DNA of 64,000 nucleotides, from positions 45,384,001-45,448,000 of the forward strand of contig CM075979.1 in assembly GCA_038087875.1 (NCBI GenBank), written 5' to 3'. Below the pieces are notes generated by a model that was not told the origin of the DNA, searched no databases, and was given only the letters and a program-made list of their open reading frames with translations. Each line of letters begins with the position of its first letter. Within the stretch, counting starts at the first letter, position 1. The translations under genes and the position numbers were made by a program. Below, one piece after another: positions 25,001-37,000 of the stretch. Source of the stretch: Malacoraja senta. Lineage: Eukaryota.

Positions 25001-28000
25001 GACGTGCTCCCCGACGCATACCTGCCCTGTCTCATTTCCTAACAGGAGGTCCAGCACTGCCCCTTCTCTAGTAGGTACCTCTATGTATTGCTGCCAAAAA
25101 ACTATCCTGCACACATTTTACAAACTCCAAACCATTCAGCCCTTTTACAGAATGTGTTTCCCAGTCTATGAGTGGAAAATTGAAATCTCCCACAATCACT
25201 ACCTTGTGCTTACTACTAATATCTGCTATCTCCTTACATATTTGCTCTTCCAATTCTCGCTCCCCATTTGGCGGTCTATAATACACCCCTAAAAGTGTTG
25301 CTACACCTTTCCCATTTCTCAGTTCCACCCAAATAGCCTCCCTAGACGAGCCCTCTAATCTATCCTGCCAAAGCACTGCTGTAATATCTTCCTTGACAAG
25401 CAATGCAACACCCCCACCTCTTCCCCCTCCAATTCTATCACCCCTGAAGCAACGAAATCCTGGAATATTTAGTTTCCAATCACAGCCCTCCTGCAACCAT
25501 GTTTCACTGATCGCCACAACACCATACTTCCAGGTGTCAATCCAGGCTCTAAGCTCATCCACCTTTCTTACAATGCTCCTAGCATTAAAATATACTCATT
25601 TAAGAAACCCACCACCACTTATTCTCTGTTTATTATCTTTTTTTTCTTCTTTCTCCCCTACATTTTGGGTCCGAGTGCTTCCCTTCTCTGCCTCCTGCCT
25701 CCCACATTTTCCACTAACTTTCTCTATTTGAGTCCCCCCCCCAACCGTTCTAGTTTAAAGTCTCCCCAGTAGCCTTTGCAAATCCCACCGCCAGGATATT
25801 GGTCCCCCTCGGGTTCAAGTGAAACCCGTCCTTTCTGTACAGGTCACACCTTCCCCAAAATAGGTCCCAGTGATCCAGAAATTTGAATCCCTGCCCGCTG
25901 CACCAGTTCTTCAGCCACGCATGTATCCTCCACCTCATTCCATTCCTACTCTCACCGTCGCGTGGCACAGGTAGTAATCCTGAGATTGTTACCTTTGCAG
26001 TCCTTCTCCTTAACTCTCCTCCCAACTCCCTAAATTCTCCTTTCAGGACCTCTTCTCTTTTTCTACCTATATCATTGGTACCTATATGTACCACAACCTC
26101 AGGCTCCTCTCCCTCCTCTCCCTCCTCTCCCTCCGGCTAAACAGCGGATAGTATGGGAAGCGGCAGTGACGAAGGACGTAAAGCGGTGGTCTGACCATTT
26201 AGAGGCCATGCTACAGGATGCACTGAGTGACGTTGACTGGAATATGTTCCAATCAAGTTCCAGAAACGTCAGTGAGTTTGCGGAAGCTTTCACAGACTTC
26301 ATAGCATCACTAGTCGACAACATCATCCCCACGGTGAGGGTTAGCATCTTTCCTAACCAACAACCCTTGGTGAAAAGGTCCATTCACGTTGCTTTGGATG
26401 TTCGCACCGCTGCTTACAACTCCGGCCTGGCATCCGGCAACATGGATGACTACAAGGCAGAGTCCTATAGACTGTGAAGGGCGGTGAAGGACGCAAAAAG
26501 GAGGTACAGGGACAGGATCTAGTCACAGATGAAGCAGCGTGACACCAGACGCCTGTGGCAGGGGCTACGGACTATAACAAATTACCAGAGCAGCCCCCCC
26601 TCAACCAGGAGTGCCGGCGCCTCCTTAGCTGATGACCTGAACTCTTTCTATGCACGATTTGAGGTGACAACATCACCCCTAGCTCGCCGGCTAACAACAA
26701 CATCAGCAGCACGCTGGCTAACACGGCTGGAGTGAGTTCCACCGCTGGGGATGTGCACACATTCTCGGTGTCCGAGCATGACATGAGGAGGGCTCTGATG
26801 CGTGTGAACACGAGGAAAGCTGTAGGTCCAGATGGTATATCTGGGCAAGTACTAAAGTAGCTAATCAGCTAGCTCCAGTGTTCACCACAATATTCAACCT
26901 CTCCCTGGCCAAGTCCGTGGTCCCTGCCTGCTTCAAGTGATCCACTATTGTCCCAGTGCCTAAGAATGCATCTCCAGCCTGCTTGATAACTACCGACCAG
27001 TGGCCAGTGGTCATGAAATGCTTCGAGAGAATGATCAAGGACTACATCTGCGCTTTCCTCCCTCGTACCATGGATCCGCTGCAGTTCGCATATCGTCCAC
27101 GGATGATGCGGTCTCCCAGGTTCTGCACACCACTCTCTCTCTCACCTTGACCAGAAGGGGGGCTATGTGAGGATGCTGTTCATTGATTTCAGTTCAGCTT
27201 TCAACACCATAGTCCCCACCAGACTTGCTGATAAACTGCTGGAACTGGGGCTGAACACTCCCCTGTGTGCCTGGGTCCTGGACTTTCTCACTGCCAGGCC
27301 CCAGGTGGTCAAGATGGGGAGACATACCTCGAACCCCCTCACCCTGAACACAGGATCCCCCCAGGGTTGCGTCCTCAGCCCCCTACTGTACTCCCTGTAC
27401 ACACATGACTGTGTGGCCAGCTTCAGCTCCAACTCCATCATTAAGTTTGCTGATAACACAGTGGTGGTGACCCTGATCTCCGATAACGATGAGAAGGCCT
27501 ACCTGGAGGAGGTAGCTGATCTGGCACTCTGGTGTCAGGGCAACAGTCTCCTCTTGAATGTCACAAAAACTAAGGAGCTGATTGTGGACTTTAGAAGGTC
27601 ACAACAACTGAGAACGTACACGCCACTGGGGATTAATGGGACTACTGTGGATAGGGTGAGCAGCTTTAAATACCTGGGAGTCCACATCACAGAGGATCTG
27701 ACATGGACAACACACACAGCCACACTGGTGAGAAAGGCAAGGCAGCGCCTTTACCACCTCAGGCAGCTGAGGAAATTCAGTCTCTGTGAGGATCCTTCAT
27801 TCCTTCTACTCTGGTGCTGTAGAAAGCATCCTGCCAGATACATCTCTATCTGGTTTGGCAACAGCTCTGCCCAGGACAGGAAGGCTCTGCAGAGAGTAGT
27901 GTGTTCTGCCAAACGCACCATGGGAACTACACCCCCCCCCCCCCCTTCAGGACCTATACACCAGGAGGTGCAGATCCAGAGCCAGCAGGATCATGAAGGA

Positions 28001-31000
28001 CCCCTACCACCCCAGCAACGGACTGTTCCAGCAGCTGCGGTCAGGCACGCGCCTCCGCTGTCACACTGCGAAAACAGAGAGGATGAGACAGAGTTTCTTC
28101 CCACAGGCCATTAGGTCTGTAAACTCTGGTCTCACCAGGGCGTAAATCCTGTTGCATCTACTTTTTTTAATGTAAATACTGGTTCTGTTCTGTTCTTTTC
28201 TGTTGTTTTGCACAATCCCACAAGCATTGCCACTCTCATTTCACTGGACATCTTGTATGTGTATGTGACAAATAAAGTTGACTTGATGTTTCAGTAAAAG
28301 CATTACCTTCCCATTTTCCTGCGCATTGATTTTCCAGATTCATTGCTCGCCTTTCACCCTCATCGGGGCTAATGTAGCTGGGACATGTTGGCCAGTGTGG
28401 GCAAGGTGGGCCGAAGGGCCTGTTTCCAAGTTGTATCACTGTATGACTCTTTGATTATGAATGGCCAAGTTTTGTACCTATTACCTATGAATTTATGAAC
28501 ATGGAGAAAACCCACACAGTGGTGACATCTGAATCCGACATGTAATGATGCCAACACTGCCTGAGATAAGGTATCCCAACACATTAGGAGAAGCTTGATC
28601 ACAGATCTGTGGAATTCTCTGCCTCAGAGGGCAGTGGAGGCTGGTTCTCTGGATGCTTTCAAGAGAGACCTAGATAGGGCTCTTAAAAATAGCGGAGTCA
28701 GGGGATATGGGGAGAAGGCAGGAACGAGGTACTGATTGGGGATGATCAGCCATGATCACATTGAAAGGCAGTGCTGGCTCGAAGGGCCGAATGGCCTACT
28801 CCTGCACCTATTGTCTATTGTCTCGATCTTTGTAGTTTCCCACCAACATTTTAAAAGCACAAAAGAGAAGCCTTAACCTGACCAAAGATCTGCATGTTGC
28901 TGCTGTAAAAGTTACATACAACTGTTATTTAGTTAAATACATCGCTCTGGTTTTGTACGTGGGAGATTGTGTCTCACTCTGATTATGTCTTTTGAAGACG
29001 TGACCAAAAAGGTCGATGAGGGCAGAGCTGCAGTTGTTGTATATGTGGACTTCAGCAAAGCATTGAACAAGGTACCACATGGTAGGCTGCTCTGGAAGGT
29101 TCGATCGTATGGGATCCAAGGAGAGATAGCTGTAAATTGGCTTCAAGGAATGAAGCAGAAGTTGATGGTGGAAGATTGTTCCTCAGACTGGAGGCCTGTG
29201 GCTACTGGTGTGCCTCAGGGTTCAGTGCTGGGCCTGTTACTGTTTCTCTTGGTTCCTTGAAGGTGGAGTCGCAGGTAGAAAGTTTGGTCAAAAAGGCATT
29301 TGACAGATTGGCCTTCATCAGTCAGAGTATTGTGTATAGAAGTTGGGAGGTCATGTTGCAGTTATATAAGACGTTGGTGAGGCTGCATTTAGAGTATTGT
29401 GTTCAGTTGTTGTCAAGCTGGCGAGGGTACAGAGAAGATTTACGAGGATGATGCTGGGACTATCCTAATGTTTAAGAAACAGTTAGACAGATACATGGAT
29501 TGGACAGATTTGGAGGAATATGGGTGGGACTAATGTAGCTGGGACATGTTGGCTGGTGTGGGCAAGGTGGGCCGAAGGGCCTGTTTCTAAGTTGTATCAC
29601 TGTATGACTCTTTTCTTATGAATGGCCAAGTTCTGCACCTATAACCTATGAACTTATGAACATGGAGAAACATAGAAACATAGAAAATAGGTGCAGGAGT
29701 AGGCCATTCGGCCCTTCGAGCCTGCACCGCCATTCAATATGGTCATTGCTGATCATCCGACTCAGTATCCTGTACCTGCCTTCTCTCCATACCCCCTGAT
29801 CCCTTTAGCCACAAGGGCCACATCTAAATCCCTCTTAAATATAGCCAATGAACTGGCCTCAACTACCTTCTGTGGCAGAGAATTCCACAGATTCACCACT
29901 CTCTGCGTGAAAAATGATTTTCTCATCTCGGTCCTAAAAGACTTCCCCCTTATCCTTAAACTGTGACCCCTTGTTCTGGACTTCCCCAACATCGGGAACA
30001 ATCTTCCTGCATCTAGACCGTCCAAACCCTTAAGAATTTTGTAAGTTTCTATAAGATCCCGCATCAATCTTCTAAATTCTAGCGAGTACAAGCCGAGTCT
30101 ATCCAGTCTTTCTTCATATGAAAGTCCTGCCATCCCAGGAATCAGTTTGGTGAACCTTCTCAGTACTCCCTCTATGGCAAGAATGTCTTTCCTCAGATTA
30201 GGAGACCAAAACTATACGCTATACTCCAGGTGTGGTCTCACAAAGACCCTGTACAACTGCCGTAGAACCTCCCTGCTCCTATACTCAAATCCTTTTGCTA
30301 TGAATGCTAACATACCATTCGCTTTCTTCACTGCCTGCATGCCTATTTTCAATGACTGGTGTACCATGACACCCAGGTCTCTTTGCATCTCCCCTTTTCC
30401 TAATCGGCCACCATTCAGATAATAGTCTACTTTCCTATTTTTGCCACCAAAGTGGATAACCTCACATTTATCCACATTATACGGCATCTGCCATGCATTT
30501 GCCCACTCACCCAACCTATCTAAGACACCTTGCAGCCTCCTAGCATCCTCCTCACAGCTAACACTGCCGCCCAGCATCGTGTCATCCGCAAACTTGGAGA
30601 TGTTGCATTCAATTCCCTCATCCAGATCATTAATATATATATTGTAAATAGCTGGGGTCCCAGCACTGAGCCTTGAGGTACCCCACTAGTCACTGCCTGC
30701 CATTCTGAAAATGACCCGTTTACTCCTACTCTTTGCTTCCTGTCTGCCAGCCAGTTCCCTATCCACATCAATACTGAACCCCCAATACCGTGTGCTTTAA
30801 GTTTGCATACTAATCTCTTATGTGGGACCTTGTCGAAAGCCTTCTGAAAGTCCAGATATAACACATCCACTGGTTCTCCCTTTTCCACTCTACTAATTAC
30901 ATCCTCGAAAAATTCTATAAGATAGAATAGAATAGAATAGAATAGAAACTTTATTTGCCACACGACCAGGGTTGGTGGTAATTGGGTTCGGTACATGATG

Positions 31001-34000
31001 GTACACTGCTTTAGCACATTAACACTAACAACAATAATAATAAAGCACATCACAAATCACAAATCTCACCAACAATACATAGTGCAAAAGAACAGACAAA
31101 AACCATAGACAAGACACTGTATACATCAAAGTCAAACAGTTATTGGAGGGAATTAAGTGTTCTTATTGCTGAGGGGAAGAAACTGTTTTTAAAACGAGTG
31201 ACCTAAGGCGCCTCCCTGAAGGGAGAGACTGGAAAAGGTGGTTTGCTGGATGGGAGGGGTCCGAGATGATCTTTGTTGCCCGTTTTGAGGTACTTTGGAG
31301 GTAAATGGAATGGATTGAGGGGAGGGGAGAGTTGATGATCCTAGAGGCCTTGGAAACAATGCGCTGTATTCTGTGTCGTGAGTGACTGTCAGTGTTTCCG
31401 TACCAGACTGTGATTGAGGAGGTGATGATGCTTTCAATGATGGATTGATAGAAGCGTACCAGGAGGTGTTTGTGGACTCTGAACTTCTTGAGCTGTCTGA
31501 GGAAGTATAGGCGTTGTTGTCCTTTCTTAATGATGTGGTCAGACATGATTTACCTTTCATAAATCCATGCTGACTTTGTCCAATGATTTCACCACTTTCC
31601 AAATGTGCTGCTATCCCATCTTTAATAACTGACTCTAGCATTTTCCCCACTACCGATGTTAGACTAACTGGTCTGTAATTCCCCGTTTTCTCTCTCCCTC
31701 CCTTTTTAAAAAGTGGGGTTACATTAGCTACCCTCCAATCCTCAGGAACTACTCCAGAATCTAAAGAGTTTTGAAAAATTATCACTAATGCATCCACTAT
31801 TTCTGGGGCTACTTCCTTAAGTACTCTGGGATGCAACCAATCTGGCCCTGGGGATTTATCGGCCTTTAATCCATTCAATTTGCCTAACACCACTTCCCGG
31901 CTAACCTGGATTTCACTCAGTTCCTCCATCTCATTTGACCCCCGGTCCCCTGCTATTTCCGGCAGATTATTTATGTCTTCCTTAGTGAAGACAGAACCAA
32001 AGTAGTTATTCAGTTGGTCTGCCATGTCCTTGTTCCCCATGATCAATTCACCTGTTTTTGACAGCAAGGGACCTACATTTGTTTTAACTAATCTTTTTCT
32101 CTTCACATATCTATAAAAGTTTTTATGTTCCCTGCCAGTTTTTGTTCATAATCTATTTTCCCTTTCCTAATTAAGCCCTTTGTCCTCCTCTGCTGGACTG
32201 AATTTCTCCCAGTCCTCTGGTAGGCTGCTTTTTCTGGCTAATTTGTATGCTTCATCTTTTGTTTTGATACTATCCCTGATTTCCCTTGTTATCCACGGAT
32301 GCGCTACCTTCCCTGGTTTATTCTTTTGCCAAACTGGGATGAACAATTGTTGTAGTTCATCCATGCAGTCTTTAAATGCCTTCCATTGCATATCCACCGT
32401 CAACCCTTTAAGAATCACTTGCCGATGGGGCCACGCACAACAAGCCTGCTAACTAACCCTTCCTTATTACTCAATACCCAGTCTAGAATAGCCTGCTCTC
32501 TCGTTGGTTCCTCTACATGTTGGTTTAGAAAACTATCCCGCATACATTCCAAGAAACCTCTTCCTCAGCACCCCTGCCAATTTGATTCACCCAATCTATA
32601 TGTAGATTGAAGTCACCCATTATAACCGTTTTACCTTTGTTGCACGCATTTCTAATTTCCTGTTTGATGCCATCCACAACTCCACTACTACTGTTAGGTG
32701 GCCTGTACACAACTCCCACTAGCGTTTTCTGCCCCTTAGTGTCTCGCAGCTCTACCCATATCGATTCCACATCCTCCAAGCTAATGTCCTTCCTTTCTAT
32801 TGCGTTAATCTCCTCTCTAACCAGCAAAGCTATCCCACCTCCTTTTCCTTTCTGTCTATCCCTCCTGAATATTGAATATCCCTGGATGTTCAGCTCCCAG
32901 CCTTGGTCACCCTGGAGCCATGTCTCCGTGATCCCAACTATATCATATTCATTAATAACTATCTGCACATTCAAATCATCCACCTTATTACGAATGCTCC
33001 TTGCATTGAGACACAAAGCCTTCAGGCTTGTTTTTACAACACTCTTACCCCTTATACAATTATGTTGAAAAGTGGATCCTTTTTGATTTTTGCCCTGGAT
33101 TTTTCTGCCTGCCACTTTTACTTTTCACCTTGCTACCTATTGCTTCTACCCTCATTTTACACCCCTCTGTCTCTCTACTCATGCTCCCATTCCCCTGCCA
33201 CATTAGTTTAAATCCTCCCCGACAGCACTAGCAAACACTCCCCCAAGGACATTGGTTCCATTCCAGCCCAGGTGCAGACCGTCCTGTTTGTACTAGTCCC
33301 ACCTCCCCCAGAACTGGTTGCAATGCCCTAGAAATTTGAATCCCTCGCCCTTGCACCATTTTTCAAGCCACGTATTCATCTGCAATATCCTCCTATTTCT
33401 ACTCTGACTAGCACGTGGCACTGGTAGTAATCCAGAGATTATGACCTTTGAGGTCCTACTTTTAAGTTTATCTCCTAGCTCCCTAAATTCGCCTTGTAGG
33501 ACCTCATCCTGATTTTTACCTATATCGTTGGTGCCAATGTGCACCACGACAGCTGGCTGTTCACCCTCCCCCTCCAGAATGTTCTGCAGCCATTCAGTGA
33601 CATCCCTGACCCTTGCACCAGGGAGGCAACATACCTTACTGGAGTCTCTTTTGCGGCCGCAGAAACGCCTATCTATTCCCCTTACAATTGAATCCCCTAT
33701 TACTATAGCCCTTCCACTCTTTTTCCTCCCCTCCTGTGCCGCAGAGCCACCCATGGTGCCATGAACTTGGCTGCTGCTGCCTTCCCCTGATGAGCCATCT
33801 CCCCCAACTGTATCCAACAGATACCCGCACAGTCACAGAGAGAACGTGCAAACTCCATACAGACATCACCTGTTGTTTTGTGCTATGGTTTCTAAACTTG
33901 GTTCAAAACTTCATCTAATTGTGTGTGTCATGGGAAGAAAAGGAATCTTGTATTCGATATAATTAATCACTATAATCAATTACCTCGTGCAGTTTGTGAG

Positions 34001-37000
34001 CCCGTCTTGGCGATAAGTGGTGTACGTTTTGGGTCTTCACATTCCGTTGTATTTACCTGTCCTGAACAACATAAACAAGACAATTAGCCAGGAAACAAGC
34101 TGACCAGGTGCCAGTTTAAAAAGTATAAAAATACAGACCAATTCCAGCTTTCTGGACAATATATCTTTCTCTGGAACGCCAGAGGTTGAGGGGAGATCTG
34201 ATGGAAGTATATAAAATGATGAGAGGCATAGACAGGGTAGACAGTCAGAACCTTTTACCCCAGAATGAAAATGTCAAATATTAGAGGGCATCGGTTTAGG
34301 GTGAGAGGGGTAAAGTTTAAAGAAGATGTGCATGACAATTTTTTTTTACACTGCCAGGGGTGGTGGTGGAGGCGGATATGATAGTGGTGTTTAAGAAACT
34401 TTTAGACAGGCACGTGGATATGCAGGGAATGGAGGGAGATGGATTATAGATAAGAGCCGGTCTTGGCATCATGTTCAGCACGGACATTGTGGAATGAAGG
34501 GCCTGTTCTTGTACTGTACTGATCTATGTAGAGTCATAGAGTCATAAATTGATACATGGTGGAAACAGGTCCTTCGGCCCAACTTGCCCACACCAGCCAA
34601 CATGTCCCAGCTTCACTTGTCCCACCTGCCTGCGCTTGGTCCATATCCCCCCAAACCTGTCCTATCCATGTACCTGTCTAACTGTTTCTCAAATGATGGG
34701 ATAGTCAAAGACTCAACTACCTCCTCTTATGGCTTGTTCCACACACCCACCACCCTTTGTGTGAAAAAGTTACCCCTCAGATTCCTCTTAAATCTTTTCC
34801 CCTTCACCTTGAACCTACATCCTCTGGTCCTCGATTCCCCTACTCTAGGCAAGAGACTCTGTGCATCTACCTATTCCTCTCATGATTTTGTACACCTCTA
34901 TGAGATCACCCCTCATCCTCCTGCACTCCAAGGAATAGAGACCCTGCCTACTCAACCTCTCCCTATAGCTCACACCCTCTAGTCCTAGCAACGTCCTCAT
35001 AAAGCTTTTCTGAACCCTTTCAAGCTTGACAATATCTTTCCTATAACATGGTGCCCAGAACTGAACACGGGATTATTATGACGATTTAATTCAATTTATA
35101 AATCTTTCTATTCTTCAATTCTACAGCTGCGCAAATACTTAGAAGAGAAAATAAATTTCAAATGTTTAAAATTTTCAAGCATGTTGCTGTGAACATAATT
35201 TAAAACGTGTGAGCAGGCAGATGGAAACATTATTTCTTGTTATACAGCCAAGTTCAAATATCAAGCATGCTCTTTCAATATTTGGAATTGTGTCCATCCT
35301 TGCCAAGAGAAGTAAAGAATTATTTTGTAGACACAAGAGACTACAGATGTTGGAATGTTGAGCAATTAGTAAAGTGCTGGAGCAACTTAGCAGCTCAGGC
35401 AGCATCTGTAGTGGGAATAGACCAATGACGTTTCAGATCAGGACCCATCTTCAGACTCAAGTTTGAAACATCGTCTGTCCCTTCCCTCCATAGATCCTCC
35501 CTCTGAGCTCCTCCACCACTTTGCTTTCTGCTGAAGAATTATTTTTCATAATGAACTTAACATTACCAACAAACTGTAACTTTTGTCCAGGAATTGGATT
35601 TCATCCATTTGTTTCATGCACTAATTATGTACTGCATTTAACCCAATCAGTGGAAATTATATCATCACTGACTTGGTGAAATTGATCTTTAAAACATTTT
35701 TGATTAGTTTTAGCCTCTCAAACCTTTTGTGGTAGAGAATTCAGGAGAGTCTCCACATTCTAGAAGGAGAAATTCCTCTCCACCTCATGTTTCAATGATT
35801 GTGTCACTGCCTTCCTCAATGATTTTTGATTTGGATGATTTTTGATTTGGTAAGATCAACCTTCTAAATGTTGAAAAAAACAGATCTAATTTGTTTTCGT
35901 AATTCATGACAGAACATTGCTGTTATTCCACGAATAACCCTAATGGATCTCTTCTGAAATCCCTTGAACAGCAGTTGTTATTTTCTTGGTCCTGCAGGTC
36001 TTGGTCTGTACTCTGTACAATCGTAACAATAATTCACTATCTCTCCACTCCAACCACCTTGCAATGGAGCCCAGTAGGAAACTTGTTTCCTGGCTGCGTC
36101 CAGGAACGAAGGTGGTTATAATAAGTAGTGGACACTGCCCGCTCCATCGCGGGTACTGACCTCCCTACCACACACTGCCCGGTCCATCGCGGGTATTGAC
36201 CTCCCCATCACACACTGCCCGCTCCATCACGGATACTCACCTCCCACAACAATCGGAGGGATCTACAGGAGGTGCTGCCTCATAAAGGAAGCCAGCATCA
36301 TCAGAGACCCACACCACCCTGGCCACACACTCATTTCACCCCTGCCATCGGGGGGAAGGTACAGGAGACTGAAAACTGTAACGTCCAGGTTCAGGAACAG
36401 CCTCTTCCTAAAATCCATTTGGCTCTTGAATCATGGACTGTCTTGTTGCATCAAGGACTTTGGGCTCTTGGGTGAGTAGAGAGATTAGAGAGATTCCTTT
36501 ATTTGTCATTCAGACCTTTCGGTCTGAACGAAATTTCGTTGCCTGCAGTCATACATATAATAATAAATAACAAAACACACAATAAACACAAATTAACATC
36601 CACCACAGTGAGTTCACCAGGCACCTCCTCACTGTGATGGAGGCAAAAGTCTTAAAGTCTCTGTCTCTTCCCGCTTTGTTCTTCCTCTGCGCTGAGGCGA
36701 TCCAGGCTTCTGATGTTGTGACCCTACCGGGTGATGGTAAGTCAATCCCGCGGCTGAATCCGTGCTCCGCGATGGGCCGGTTCAAACTCCGCGGCCCGGG
36801 GTGGCCGATGCTGCTGAAGCTGCCGCCCTCCAGTCTAGCGGACGCAGCTGTAGTTGCGGGAGCCCCAGAAAAACAGGTCACCCACCTGTGACCTGCAAGC
36901 TCCCAACGATGTCGTCCACCGGGCCCGCGGCCGAGCCTCCGGATTCAGGTCGTCACCAGTGTCCTCGGTCGCCACCGCCGGAATGCCACCGCAGCCCCGA

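Larger units (their letters stand above)
22719..26137 (-). mobile_element. CR1 LINE, nearly complete (ORF1 esterase fragment, endonuclease, RT)
   Basis: 6-bp TSD TAAACA (22713-22718, 26138-26143); (TATGGTTA)n tail; frameshifts between endonuclease and RT. Confidence 0.9.
21736..28285 (+). mobile_element. Rex-Babar-type LINE interrupted by nested L1 and CR1 insertions
   Basis: 8-bp TSD ATGTTTCA (21728-21735, 28286-28293); endonuclease remnants at 21.8-22.7 kb continue at 26.14 kb; RT 27167-28114. Confidence 0.8.

Noticed and set aside
17700-33980. Possible separate gene (own leader and V exon) for the 423-bp Ig-like exons
   Set aside because: The interval is almost entirely accounted for by LINEs and module paralogy and I found no leader or V exon; not fully excluded without transcripts
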